Below are positions 41,748 through 50,850 of a stretch of 59,788 bases of DNA, piece after piece. The translations under genes and the position numbers were made by a program. How positions within the stretch are numbered: the first letter of the stretch is position 1; each line of letters begins with the position of its first letter. The notes beneath the pieces are model-generated. The model saw only the letters and a list, made by a program, of their open reading frames with translations. It searched no databases and was not told where the DNA came from. Source of the stretch: Holosporales bacterium (lineage in GTDB: Bacteria; Pseudomonadota; Alphaproteobacteria; RUG11792); assembly GCA_031270735.1 (NCBI GenBank), contig JAISWU010000034.1:1-59788 (forward strand), given 5' to 3'.

Positions 41748-42122
41748 CTACTTAATTGTAACCTTCGCTCCGGCTGCTTCGAGCTGCTTCTTGATCTTCT
41801 CGGCATCCTCTTTGTTGACACCAGCCTTCACTATCTTCGGGGCCCCCTCGACAAGCTCCTTAGCTTCCTTCAAGCCGAGCTCAGGTACGATTGCCCGTAC
41901 CTCCTTGATGACGTTGATCTTGCTGGCACCTGCCTCGGTCAACTCAACATCAAATTCGGTCTTCTCCTCAGCTGGAGCAGCTCCACCCGCCGCTGGTGCC
42001 GCTACTGCAACGGCTGCAGCCGCGCTGACGCCCCATGTTTCTTCCAACAGCTTCGACAGCTCTGCTGCCTCAAGCACTGTGAGCTTCGACAGCTCCTCTA
42101 CTATCTTCGTTAAATCTGCCAT
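41748..42122 (-). CDS. rplL: 50S ribosomal protein L7/L12
   Basis: It has '[23 protein letters not shown]', an Ala-rich hinge and '[29 protein letters not shown]'. Confidence 0.97.
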   Translation of the reverse strand: MADLTKIVEELSKLTVLEAAELSKLLEETWGVSAAAAVAVAAPAAGGAAPAEEKTEFDVELTEAGASKINVIKEVRAIVPELGLKEAKELVEGAPKIVKAGVNKEDAEKIKKQLEAAGAKVTIK

Positions 42123-42178
42123 TTTCTGGTACTCCTTTCAAAAACAAAAACCAGGGGCCCCATCTGCCCCACTCTGCA

Positions 42179-42682
42179 CTAGCTCTTCAGTGCTATCACT
42201 CTTGCAACTCTCGCCGACGGTTCTTTGATGGTCCTGACGATCTTCGTCGCAGCCGCTGTCAGCAACCCGACGATCTTAGCTCGTAGATCATCCATCGATG
42301 GTAGCGACGCAAGAGCCTTGATGATGTCGGCCGATATCACATTGCCGTCCATCACACCACCAAGCACCGCCATCTTCTCACTCTCCTTAGCGAACTCCGA
42401 TATGGCCTTCGCCATACCTACCGGATTGTCTGAGTAAGCCAACGCAGTTGGCCCATCGAGATAACCTGATATCGAATCCAACGGAGAGTCCTTGATTGCA
42501 ATGCGAGCAAGTGTATTCTTCAGAACCTTGAAGTTCGACTCAGCCGCTCTCATGTCCTTACGGAACTTCGTGATCTCCTCAACAGTGATACCTGCAGACC
42601 TACTGACTGCAATCACTATCGAAAATCCCAGCAGCTCATTTCGAACACTCGATACGAATGATTCCTTTTCCTGCCTCCTCAT
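42179..42682 (-). CDS. rplJ: 50S ribosomal protein L10
   Basis: Position in the rplKAJL cluster supports the call, as do 'LRKDMRAAESNFKVLKNTLARIA' and 'GPTALAY', which match L10. Confidence 0.93.
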   Translation of the reverse strand: MRRQEKESFVSSVRNELLGFSIVIAVSRSAGITVEEITKFRKDMRAAESNFKVLKNTLARIAIKDSPLDSISGYLDGPTALAYSDNPVGMAKAISEFAKESEKMAVLGGVMDGNVISADIIKALASLPSMDDLRAKIVGLLTAAATKIVRTIKEPSARVARVIALKS

Positions 42683-42877
42683 TCCTCTTCTCCCTAACGT
42701 TTACCCAAAACACAGAAGGAGCACGAAGTCCCACTTCTGTCTATTGCAGGGGCTCGCACAGCGAACATTAACTCACGTAGCATCCTTGCCGCGCGAAACC
42801 TACAGTCTTCGACAACACCGGCCAAGATGGCCGTGTGCCCCTTCACTGTCCTAGTACCTAGCACAGCAAAACTTTCC
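42683..42877 (-). promoter_or_regulatory. Probable structured rplJ (L10) leader region
   Basis: A 195-nt untranslated gap lies between rplA and rplJ. It has stems ACAGAAG...CTTCTGT and CCGGCCA-aga-TGGCCG. L10/L12 autoregulatory leaders are known at this position in many bacteria. Confidence 0.3.
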
Positions 42878-43561
42878 TTAATCAAGGGCGAAAACAATGC
42901 CTACTCCCATCGTTGAACTTAGCATCGTCTTCTTCATGTACGCACCCTTTGTACCAGCAGGCTTGGCCTTGATGATAGCATCGATGAACGCCTTCACGTT
43001 CTCAGCAATAGCATCATCCGAGAAGCTTACCTTCCCTAGTCCTGCATGTATGATCCCACCTTTCTCGGATCTGTATTCTATTTGGCCTCCCTTTATGTTA
43101 CGCACGGCCGTAGCGACGTCAGCAGTCACAGTGCCGAGCTTTGGGTTTGGCATGAGCCCCTTGGGCCCCAGGATCTTTCCGACCTTTCCTACCATCACCA
43201 TCATATCTGGTGTCGCTACACAGCGGTCGAACGGCATGTTACCCTTCTGTATCATGTCGACCAGATCCTCGGCTCCGACCACGTCTGCTCCTGCTTCCTT
43301 GGCCGCCTCTGCCTTCTGATCCTTCGCGAACACGGCGACCCTACATGTCTTGCCGGTGCCGTTCGGCAGCGACACAACGCCTCTTACAGTCTGGTCCTGC
43401 TTCGTCGGATCGATCCCTAGCATGACACTGACTTCTACCGTCTCATCGAATTTCGCGGTTGCCGCCTTCTTAACGATTGCGATCGCCTCGGTCAGAGAGT
43501 ACACCTTTCCGAAATCAAGATCCTGCCTTGCGTTCTTCAGCCGCTTTCCTATATGCGCCAT
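42878..43561 (-). CDS. rplA: 50S ribosomal protein L1
   Basis: '[12 protein letters not shown]', '[15 protein letters not shown]' and '[13 protein letters not shown]' match L1. I chose the ATG at 43561; the longest ORF starts at 43585. Confidence 0.95.
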   Translation of the reverse strand: MAHIGKRLKNARQDLDFGKVYSLTEAIAIVKKAATAKFDETVEVSVMLGIDPTKQDQTVRGVVSLPNGTGKTCRVAVFAKDQKAEAAKEAGADVVGAEDLVDMIQKGNMPFDRCVATPDMMVMVGKVGKILGPKGLMPNPKLGTVTADVATAVRNIKGGQIEYRSEKGGIIHAGLGKVSFSDDAIAENVKAFIDAIIKAKPAGTKGAYMKKTMLSSTMGVGIVFALD

Positions 43562-43565
43562 ATCA

Positions 43566-44000
43566 TTAGCCCTCCACAACTTCAACGCCCATCGATCTAG
43601 CTGAGCCTATGATCATACGACCCGCTGCCTCTATGTCGTGTGCATTCAAGTCCTGCATCTTCTGCGCTGCTATCTCATTCACCTGCGACATCTTTATCTT
43701 CGCGACAGGGGCTGTGATACCGGTCTTCTGTGATCCACTCGTTATTTGCGCTGCCTTCTTTATGTGGTACGTAACGGGTGGGGTCTTCATCTCAAAGGTA
43801 AAGCTCTTATCGACGTACGCTGTAATGACAACCGGCACTGGCATACCAGGCTCCATCGACTGCGTCTTTGCGTTGAACGCCTTGCAGAACTCCATGATGT
43901 TGAGTCCCTTCTGCGCAAGCGCTGGACCTATCGGTGGCGACGGATTCGCCTTCCCAGCTAAGATCTGCAGCTTTATGTATCCCAAAACTTTCTTAGCCAT
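43566..44000 (-). CDS. rplK: 50S ribosomal protein L11
   Basis: '[36 protein letters not shown]' matches L11. Confidence 0.97.
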   Translation of the reverse strand: MAKKVLGYIKLQILAGKANPSPPIGPALAQKGLNIMEFCKAFNAKTQSMEPGMPVPVVITAYVDKSFTFEMKTPPVTYHIKKAAQITSGSQKTGITAPVAKIKMSQVNEIAAQKMQDLNAHDIEAAGRMIIGSARSMGVEVVEG

Positions 44001-44077
44001 TTCGTCTTCTCCTACTCTCTAACAACCAGCCTCCGTGGTACAACGATCAAATGACCAAACCTCCCACAGAGAATTCT

Positions 44078-44614
44078 TTATACCCTAGCAACCTGCGTAT
44101 ACTCCAATGTAACCGGGGTTGCCCGTCCAAATATCATAACTGATACCTTCAGCCTTTGCCTATCGTCTTCCACCTCTTCAACGAATCCAGAGAACGATGC
44201 AAACGGCCCATCGATTACCTTCACCTGGTCACCAACGTCGTATGTCACAGTGCTCCTCGGCGCCTCACTCGACTCCTGCGCCCTCTTCATGATCTTCGCG
44301 ACTTCCTGTTCGCTGATCGGAACTGGGTGTCCTTTTGTGCCCAGGAACCCTGACACCTTCGGCGTGTTCCTCACAAGACATCCTGCATCTTCATTCATAA
44401 TCATCTTGACGAGGATGTATCCGGGGAAGTACTTCCTATCGACGTTGACCCTTTCACCGCCCTTGATCTCAACTACTTCCTCCGTCGGGATCAGAATTTC
44501 CTCGAAGTAGTGACGCAGCTCCTTCTTCTCGGCAGCATCCAATATTGCCTTTGCCACCTTGTCCTCAGAACCTGAGTAGACGTGAACGATGTACCACCTT
44601 GATTTTTGCATCAT
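44078..44614 (-). CDS. nusG: Transcription termination/antitermination factor NusG
   Basis: 'RWYIVHVYSGSEDKV', 'FPGYILVKM' and the KOW motif 'GDQVKVIDGPFASFSGFVEEV' match NusG. The ATG at 44614 overlaps the secE stop (ATGA). Confidence 0.95.
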   Translation of the reverse strand: MMQKSRWYIVHVYSGSEDKVAKAILDAAEKKELRHYFEEILIPTEEVVEIKGGERVNVDRKYFPGYILVKMIMNEDAGCLVRNTPKVSGFLGTKGHPVPISEQEVAKIMKRAQESSEAPRSTVTYDVGDQVKVIDGPFASFSGFVEEVEDDRQRLKVSVMIFGRATPVTLEYTQVARV

Positions 44615-44817
44615 TGCCCGATTATTGCATGAACGACCTTGTACCACGCCGTATCGACGAGAGCGAAAAATAGAGACGCTATCAATGCCATAACGAAAAC
44701 GACGATCGTGGTTACGATAACCTCTTTCCTGGACGGCCAGGTTACCTTCCCGATTTCAGCTTTCACGTCTGCAATGTAGGAGCAAATCCTCCCAACCACA
44801 GATTTAGATGCCATCAC
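44611..44817 (-). CDS. secE: Preprotein translocase subunit SecE
   Basis: The 68-aa protein has 'EIGKVTWPSRKEV' followed by a single TM helix. It sits between tRNA-Trp and nusG, the conserved arrangement. Confidence 0.9.
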   Translation of the reverse strand: MMASKSVVGRICSYIADVKAEIGKVTWPSRKEVIVTTIVVFVMALIASLFFALVDTAWYKVVHAIIGQ

Positions 44818-44840
44818 CCGTTTCCCGTGCTCAACTTAAG

Positions 44841-44917
44841 TGGCAGGAGTGAAGGGACTCGAACCCCTAACCGCCGGTTTTGGAGACCGGAACTCTACCA
44901 GATTGAGCTACACTCCT
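44841..44917 (-). tRNA. tRNA-Trp (CCA)
   Basis: Hand-folded. The acceptor stem is AGGAGTG/CACTCCT, the anticodon loop is CUCCAAA, the T-arm is AGGGG-TTCGAGT-CCCTT, and the CCA end is encoded. Confidence 0.9.
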
Positions 44918-45129
44918 ACTATTCACCAGCGTTATCTTAACACACCGCGTCATCCCATGCTATCATATTATTATGAGCGCGTTCCAATGAAGTATCTTGC
45001 TATGGTTCTGGAGGTATCCAGTCTGCCTCAAATGATGTGGACTTACACATGAGGTTGTACACCAGTAGACGTTGGTTCTCACATGTGTTAGAATGCAGCC
45101 GCTATGGTATTTTCAGCGCAAGACTTGTT

Positions 45130-46521
45130 ATGGTTACCCCTCTGAGGTGTTGCTGCGCGTTATTAGTATTTTTTTACTGGTTATGTAATGTGGCGTTTCC
45201 CGGTACATCATCTCGAATTGGTAAGGGAGTATCGGAGGCCAAGATTGGCTCCGGCAAGAAATCCGATAGAGCAGTTGACTTCATCAGGCTTATGTCACAA
45301 AAGGGTAGTGCAGATAGTGGCGGTGGTGCGATTTTGATGAGCAACGATGGTTGCTATGTTGTTGCCAGGGTAGGAGGGCACGTGATAACAAACACCGACC
45401 TCTTGACGGAAATACGTTTCATGTTTTTTGTGGCTGGAAAGGAGTTCAATAAAGAGGTAGCAAAACAGATGGTGCTGCCAGTTCTCCATGCTAAAATAAG
45501 TGAAGCTCTGAGGATGCACATTGCCAAACGTATCGATATTTCGGTAACTGACAGTGACATCGACGATCGCATTAAGCAACTTGCGACTTGGAATGGAACA
45601 TCGAGAGCTGAGCTTGAGGCCAGACTCCTCAAATGCGGCATCGGAAAAAATGCATTCAGACAGTGGGTAAGAACGCAACTACTGTATCCCATGATAGCAC
45701 AGGCTCTTGCTGGCGAGATAAAGGTATCTGCGAAGGAGATAGCTAGTGCCAAGGCGAAGTATGCTCTGGATATGAAGAAGTTGCGATACAAGATAGTTGA
45801 GATCTTTTTGTCTGCTGATGGCGGGGCCGTGCAAAATGTTAAGAGGCTCATAGATGATGGGTTCAATTTTCAAGTTCTAGCCCAAGCGCTATCGCAATCT
45901 AGTCGTGTGAAGCTTGGTGAGGATTGGGTATCGGATGATGCTTTGGATTCACTGACGCGCGGAGTTGTTCGGCCGTTGAGAATTGGTCAGTACGGAGGTC
46001 CTATAGATACTGGTACAGGTGTTAAATTTGTATACGTAGTCGACATTGCGGCCCCCGGTCAGGAGGGGGAGTCGTCTGGATCATACAAGGTGCTGCGTAC
46101 CACTTTACGACAGGGGGGGCTATTATTTACAAAGGCAGATGCTAAGCGTCTTGAAGATAGTCTCACCACCCTAAGCAACGCGTCCTCTGTTGAGGAATAC
46201 AAGGCTATCTGCGAGAGGATGAACATTAAGTACAAAGAAGTCACACTCGAAAATTCAACCGGGCAGGAAGCAGCGATGGCTGCCAATTCGAAGGCATCCG
46301 GGCATCCATGCATATCTTCATCGGCAACCGAGAGCATAATCATTGTCATGATGTATGTCGGTACCCAATGCAAGGCAGCTAAAATGCCAGACGATAAGGC
46401 AATTGAAGAAATGGTGTCCTCAGAGAAATTTGAGCGTATGGCATCATTGGGATTCAAAAGAATCAAGGGACAAGTACACGTGATGATCAATCTGGAAAAT
46501 CTTGGAAAGGTCGTACGGTAG
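45130..46521 (+). CDS. SurA N-terminal-domain-like periplasmic chaperone (parvulin/SurA family relative)
   Basis: A signal-like N-terminus begins at the ATG at 45130. 'VARVGGHVITNTDLLTEIRF...' and 'ISVTDSDIDDRIKQLA...GTSRAELEARL...GI....FRQWVRTQLL' fit the SurA_N pattern. I saw no clear PPIase motif. The longest ORF begins at 45037. Confidence 0.45.
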   Translation: MVTPLRCCCALLVFFYWLCNVAFPGTSSRIGKGVSEAKIGSGKKSDRAVDFIRLMSQKGSADSGGGAILMSNDGCYVVARVGGHVITNTDLLTEIRFMFFVAGKEFNKEVAKQMVLPVLHAKISEALRMHIAKRIDISVTDSDIDDRIKQLATWNGTSRAELEARLLKCGIGKNAFRQWVRTQLLYPMIAQALAGEIKVSAKEIASAKAKYALDMKKLRYKIVEIFLSADGGAVQNVKRLIDDGFNFQVLAQALSQSSRVKLGEDWVSDDALDSLTRGVVRPLRIGQYGGPIDTGTGVKFVYVVDIAAPGQEGESSGSYKVLRTTLRQGGLLFTKADAKRLEDSLTTLSNASSVEEYKAICERMNIKYKEVTLENSTGQEAAMAANSKASGHPCISSSATESIIIVMMYVGTQCKAAKMPDDKAIEEMVSSEKFERMASLGFKRIKGQVHVMINLENLGKVVR

Positions 46522-47339
46522 TGAGAATCGCATTCTTTGGAGATGTCGTCGGCAAGAGTGGGCGAGACGCAACGATCGAGTACATACGAGCCAACAGGGC
46601 AAGGCATGGGTTCGATTTCATAATCGTCAATGGAGAGAACGCGGCTCACGGCTTTGGCATTACCCAACGGATCTGTAACAAATTTTTTGAGGTTGGAGTC
46701 GATGTCATTACGATGGGGAACCATACGTTTGATCAAAAAGATGACCTCCCTATGTTCGATCGCGAAAGGAGGTTAATAAGGCCGCTGAATTATCCTCGTA
46801 AGACTCCTGGGCATGGATTCGTGGTAGCCGATGTGTGTGCCCTCAATAAGAAGGTTATGGTTGTTAACATCATGGGACGGTTGTTCATGGAGGAGAACGA
46901 CGATCCATTTGCTGTGCTAAGCGATCTCTTGGACAAGTACAAGCTCACGGTCAATGTGGATGCAATTTTTGTAGATTGCCACGCGGAAGCTACTGCGGAG
47001 AAGACGGCACTAGCAAGATACTTTGATGGTAGAATCTCCGCGCTCGTAGGGACACATACGCACGTACCAACTGCTGATCTGCAAATCCTAAATGATGGAA
47101 CAGGGTTCCTGTCAGACTGCGGGATGTGCGGAGATTATGATTCGTGCATAGGGATGGATGAAGAAGCGCCCATTAAGAGGTTTGTGTCCAAGGTTGACGC
47201 ATATGCCAAAATGGTACCAGCCCTTAAAAGCGCCACAGTATGCGGAGTCGTTATGGATGTAGGCAACAATGGATTGTGTACAAACATTCAGACAATCAGG
47301 ATGGGCGGATTTTTGAAGGAGCAGAAGGACTGCGTATAG
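46521..47339 (+). CDS. ymdB: YmdB-family metallophosphoesterase (2',3'-cyclic-nucleotide 2'-phosphodiesterase-like)
   Basis: 'MRIAFFGDVVGKSGR', 'IVNGENAAHGFGIT', 'ITMGNHTFDQKD', 'VDCHAEATAEK' and 'VGTHTHVPTAD' match the family. Confidence 0.8.
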   Translation: MRIAFFGDVVGKSGRDATIEYIRANRARHGFDFIIVNGENAAHGFGITQRICNKFFEVGVDVITMGNHTFDQKDDLPMFDRERRLIRPLNYPRKTPGHGFVVADVCALNKKVMVVNIMGRLFMEENDDPFAVLSDLLDKYKLTVNVDAIFVDCHAEATAEKTALARYFDGRISALVGTHTHVPTADLQILNDGTGFLSDCGMCGDYDSCIGMDEEAPIKRFVSKVDAYAKMVPALKSATVCGVVMDVGNNGLCTNIQTIRMGGFLKEQKDCV

Positions 47340-47354
47340 AGTAGCTTGTGTACC

Positions 47355-48563
47355 CTACGTGCGTTCTAACTTATCCGATGCTCCCAGTATGTACATGATT
47401 GCCGCAACACTAGCCACTACCCCCATGAGGAACGGTCCTGAGGGTTCTGGGAGGCCGACGTACTTTGCGACCTCTGACGTCATTCCGGCGAAGCTGTTTG
47501 CGCACAGTAGTACCAACCCTTCTATACCGTAGAAGATTGCAAACGCCGTTCCTATCAGATGCTGTGGGGCTGATCTTGCGATAACTGCGCTAAGTACCCC
47601 CTGAGTTGCGCCCATGTGCAATCCAGCAAAGATGTATATAGATATCACGGAGTACCATGAGTCCGAGAACATACCGAAGATATCGGCTATCACAAGCAAC
47701 CCTATCCCCAGAATCAGCACATTCTTTTTCTCGATCCTGTCAGACATCCGCCCGATCGGAATAGCAACGCATGCCGCACAGATCTCATACACAGACATAA
47801 ACATCGGGAAGAGCTCTGTATGGTTGGGCATAACTGATTTAGCTTTCAAGGTAATGAAGCCCTCACTGAATCTATTGAACATCAACAGGACGACGACCAC
47901 CATGAATGTCCAGTACCCTTGTGGTAGCGAGGCGATATCTTTAATGCTCCACCTGTGCTTATCTTTAACCTCGTAGTGATCGTCATCACTCTTGATTTTC
48001 CTTTGAAGAATACATAGAGCTACAACCGTCGGTATGACAGAGGCCGCAAATATCACTCTGTAACTAGGCCCGATGAGATGCATAGTGATGGATGCAATCA
48101 CAGAGCCAATCAAGAAGCCCACGAGATTCATGGAGTATCGTAACGAAAACACGAGCCCCTTATCAGCATCAACCCCTGCGAGTATTGCATCAGAAGGTGC
48201 TTGCCTGAGTCCCTTCGCAAACCTGTCAAGTGACTTCGATACGAACACGAAGAAGATATTCGGCGCACAGGCTAGGAACAGCTTGCTAAACACGGTGAGG
48301 ACAGTACCAACTCGCAGCATCGGGACCTTCCGTCTGAATGCATCAATTATGAACCCAGCAAAAATCTTGGCTACAAACGATGTGAACACCACGGCTCCCT
48401 CCAAGAAGCCGAATGACTTACTACTCCCCCCGAGTTCCTCCACGATGAAAACTGGCAGTAGTGAGAAGATCATGGAGGAGGCCATTCCCCAAAAGAAATG
48501 CATCCAGCAAAGCGCCGCTACTGGACTACTCCTAAGCAAGGACACAATCCCACAAAGCCTCAT
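47355..48563 (-). CDS. MFS transporter
   Basis: The 402-aa protein has about 12 TM segments. The loop motif 'GRMSDRIEKK' resembles the MFS signature between TM helices. Confidence 0.7.
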   Translation of the reverse strand: MRLCGIVSLLRSSPVAALCWMHFFWGMASSMIFSLLPVFIVEELGGSSKSFGFLEGAVVFTSFVAKIFAGFIIDAFRRKVPMLRVGTVLTVFSKLFLACAPNIFFVFVSKSLDRFAKGLRQAPSDAILAGVDADKGLVFSLRYSMNLVGFLIGSVIASITMHLIGPSYRVIFAASVIPTVVALCILQRKIKSDDDHYEVKDKHRWSIKDIASLPQGYWTFMVVVVLLMFNRFSEGFITLKAKSVMPNHTELFPMFMSVYEICAACVAIPIGRMSDRIEKKNVLILGIGLLVIADIFGMFSDSWYSVISIYIFAGLHMGATQGVLSAVIARSAPQHLIGTAFAIFYGIEGLVLLCANSFAGMTSEVAKYVGLPEPSGPFLMGVVASVAAIMYILGASDKLERT

Positions 48564-48572
48564 GAACCGTAC

Positions 48573-49184
48573 CTATACCGACTTTAGCACGTGGTAGTCG
48601 GGATACTGTTGTTTTATGAATCCACTCATCGCAATTATCACCCTATCCACTGTAATGTTAGCTGGCTCATCGTATGTCTGCACGCACACATCAGCCGCCT
48701 CAAACAAAGGATATTGCTCATTCATCATCTCTGTCAAAATCTCTTCCTCGCGGCCAACTTCTAACAGTGGACGACCTTTCCGTCCGGTAACCCTCATTAG
48801 TAACGTCGGGAGATCTGCTTTGAGCCACACGGAAATTGCGTGCTCTTTAATCAACGCTCTTGTCTTGTCGTACGAGAACGACATGCACCCAGTTGCAACG
48901 ACTTGCACCTGCTGCCCGATCAGCCTCGATAGGACCTTGTACTCGCCCGCCTGCATCGCTCCTTCGCCAAAGAGAGAATCTATATCGCTCATCGCACATC
49001 CTGCGGCGGCCTCGACCTCATGATCAGAATCACAGAACGGTAGATCAAATCTCCTCGCTAGTCTCTTCCCTATGCTGGTTTTGCCGCAACCAACCAACCC
49101 AACAATCACTATTGGCTTCGGTGGCATAAAACTTACTATAGGCGATGCCGGCCTAGACGGTGGTGTAAAATTCTCAGACTCCAT
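48573..49184 (-). CDS. aroK: Shikimate kinase
   Basis: The Walker A 'IVGLVGCGKTSIGKRLA', 'FCDSDHEVE' and the size match AroK. The ATG at 49184 follows the SD AGAGGTG; the longest ORF starts at GTG 49190. Confidence 0.85.
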   Translation of the reverse strand: MESENFTPPSRPASPIVSFMPPKPIVIVGLVGCGKTSIGKRLARRFDLPFCDSDHEVEAAAGCAMSDIDSLFGEGAMQAGEYKVLSRLIGQQVQVVATGCMSFSYDKTRALIKEHAISVWLKADLPTLLMRVTGRKGRPLLEVGREEEILTEMMNEQYPLFEAADVCVQTYDEPANITVDRVIIAMSGFIKQQYPDYHVLKSV

Positions 49185-49262
49185 ATTCACCTCTTCTCAA
49201 ATCCTCTCCACTTGCTAAACTGAGTTATCATAACAAACCACGAACGGCACGATTTAGATTAA

Positions 49263-49291
49263 ATGATAACAGAAATCACATACCATGACAA
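49263..49291 (-). promoter_or_regulatory. Candidate sigma70-type promoter upstream of aroK
   Basis: Minus strand reads TTGTCA (49291-49286), a 17-nt spacer, then TATCAT (49268-49263), about 75 nt upstream of the aroK start. Confidence 0.35.
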
Positions 49292-49345
49292 AAAGTTTGC
49301 ACTCATACATGGGGGCGTGCCAAGTCAGTGCAAAGGCGCAATGCC

Positions 49346-49375
49346 CAATGATTTACGTGCCATTGATTTACGTGC
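49346..49375. repeat. Tandem 15-bp direct repeat (2 copies)
   Basis: CAATGATTTACGTGC is followed directly by CATTGATTTACGTGC, with one mismatch. It lies just upstream of the candidate aroK promoter and overlaps the stop of the small ORF. Confidence 0.7.
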
Positions 49376-49505
49376 TATTTTCCACCATTACGATGCCTGA
49401 TTTTTCGTAGTACGCAACTGGAATATCGAATCCCAGTGATGCGAAAAACAGTGTACATCCGGTAGACAACACAGCGATCGCTGCCCACAATATCTTGAGC
49501 ATCAT
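49368..49505 (-). CDS. Candidate small (45-aa) lipoprotein or membrane peptide
   Basis: My hand translation is MMLKILWAAIAVLSTGCTLFFASLGFDIPVAYYEKSGIVMVENST*. Its ATG overlaps the pth stop (A-ATG-A coupling), and 'VLSTGC' resembles a lipobox. It falls below the length cutoff of the ORF track. Confidence 0.35.
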   Translation of the reverse strand: MMLKILWAAIAVLSTGCTLFFASLGFDIPVAYYEKSGIVMVENST

Positions 49506-50077
49506 TTTGCTTCACCGGCCTTCATGATGTCGTTGATGATGGGCGCCTTATCGTTCGCGAGCAGTAGCTCGGTAAACCGCCCTGCAATGATGTGGATGGT
49601 CTGTACTATCCTTGTCAGCTCATCGTTGTAGAACGGAGATAGAACATAGTCAGCAACCAAATCCTTTGCTGGAGGACGTCCGACACCTATCCTGATTCTC
49701 CAATAATTTTTCCCGATACATCTGTCGATGTCACGGAGACCATTGTGTCCGCCATGTCCACCAGCGAACTTTATTCTTACCTCACACGGGCTCAGATCTA
49801 TGTCATCGTGAATTACAAAAACGTCACTGGTCTGGATCTTGTAGAACGACACAACCTCCGCCACGGCGCGCCCACTCAGATTCATAAATGTCTGAGGCTT
49901 CAGGATGATAACCTTAACACCATCGATAGCCTTCTCGGAACGTAGCGCACATCCCTTTGCTTTGAAATCAGGAGATCCCAGTTCACGGACGAGGCAATCA
50001 GCAAACATAAACCCAACATTATGTCGAGTATACAGATACGCAAGCCCGGGATTCCCGAGCCCTACTACTAAAAACAC
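49502..50077 (-). CDS. pth: Peptidyl-tRNA hydrolase
   Basis: 'LVVGLGNPG..Y..TRHNVGF', 'LKPQTFMNLSG' and 'HDDIDL' followed by 'GGHGGHNGLRDI' match Pth. Confidence 0.95.
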   Translation of the reverse strand: MFLVVGLGNPGLAYLYTRHNVGFMFADCLVRELGSPDFKAKGCALRSEKAIDGVKVIILKPQTFMNLSGRAVAEVVSFYKIQTSDVFVIHDDIDLSPCEVRIKFAGGHGGHNGLRDIDRCIGKNYWRIRIGVGRPPAKDLVADYVLSPFYNDELTRIVQTIHIIAGRFTELLLANDKAPIINDIMKAGEAK

Positions 50078-50079
50078 CC

Positions 50080-50697
50080 TTACCCAGCCGTCGTCTCCTC
50101 GCTGGTCTCATCACTAGTAGTGGTATCCGCAGCACTGACTCTAGCTCCAACTATCGTAGCAATGATAGCGTCCCTTTCTGGATGTGCTGCAACCACACCG
50201 TCCGGTAACTCAATATCAGCTAACAGCAGTGAGTCACCAATGTCCTTGCCTGCAACATCAATTGTGATGACAGGAGGAATCGATACTGGAGAACACAAGC
50301 ACTCCAGCTTATGGACAACGACGTTGATTATGCCACCTTTCTTGAGGCCAGGAGATTTTAGCTCGTTTGCAAACTCAACGATGATCCCAATCTTAACTCT
50401 CGAGTCCTTCGAAACTCGCTGAAAGTCAACATGCACTGGATAACCTGTAACAGGATGGAGGACAATCTCCTTTGGCAGAAAGCGCTCCCGCTCCGTATCA
50501 ATCTCTGCATCAATCACGTGGCCGAGAAAAGCGGGATCTCCACACTCCAGACTCAGTTCTTTTGCGTTAACCGCCACAAGTCTAGGTGCCGCATTACCAC
50601 CATATATGATACCAGGAACAAATCCATCGTGACGTAACTTCCTAGTCTCCCGCTTCCCAGAGGCACTTCTCGTAACAATCTTCAAACCCAAGGCCAT
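50080..50697 (-). CDS. rplY: 50S ribosomal protein L25 / general stress protein Ctc
   Basis: 'GKRETRKLRHDGFVPGIIYGG' and 'LHPVTGYPVHVDFQRV' match L25/Ctc. I chose the ATG at 50697; the longest ORF extends to 50850 without supporting signals. Confidence 0.9.
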   Translation of the reverse strand: MALGLKIVTRSASGKRETRKLRHDGFVPGIIYGGNAAPRLVAVNAKELSLECGDPAFLGHVIDAEIDTERERFLPKEIVLHPVTGYPVHVDFQRVSKDSRVKIGIIVEFANELKSPGLKKGGIINVVVHKLECLCSPVSIPPVITIDVAGKDIGDSLLLADIELPDGVVAAHPERDAIIATIVGARVSAADTTTSDETSEETTAG

Positions 50698-50850
50698 ACG
50701 CCCCCCTGGTAAACAAACACGCCACAGCACTAGTAAGTGTACAAAATTTACTACCACGTTGTAAATGCCGTTGTACAACTTTGTACGCGTCGTATCTTCC
50801 AGGCAGGCCTCAACTAGTGGTAGCGCGCAGTCCCCCGAGGGGGGAGCCAT

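Noticed and set aside
49346-49375. The tandem repeat considered as a CRISPR or iteron array.
   Set aside because: There are only two directly abutting 15-bp units with no spacers, and no cas or rep genes nearby. I kept it only as a possible regulator binding site.
50698-50850. The N-terminal extension of rplY in the longest ORF. Similar extensions occur for pal (14621), tsaD (16431), rplA (43585), nusG (44647), asd (28640) and the SurA-like gene (45037).
   Set aside because: The extensions lack family-conserved sequence and overlap upstream genes or promoters. Internal ATGs align with the canonical N-termini of the families.
50828-50850. A GC-rich hairpin (TCCCCC-ctc-GGGGGA) just after the stop of the menA-like fusion gene, considered as a terminator.
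   Set aside because: No U-tract follows it, and the downstream rplY-pth genes probably need read-through or their own promoter. The evidence is too weak for a terminator call.
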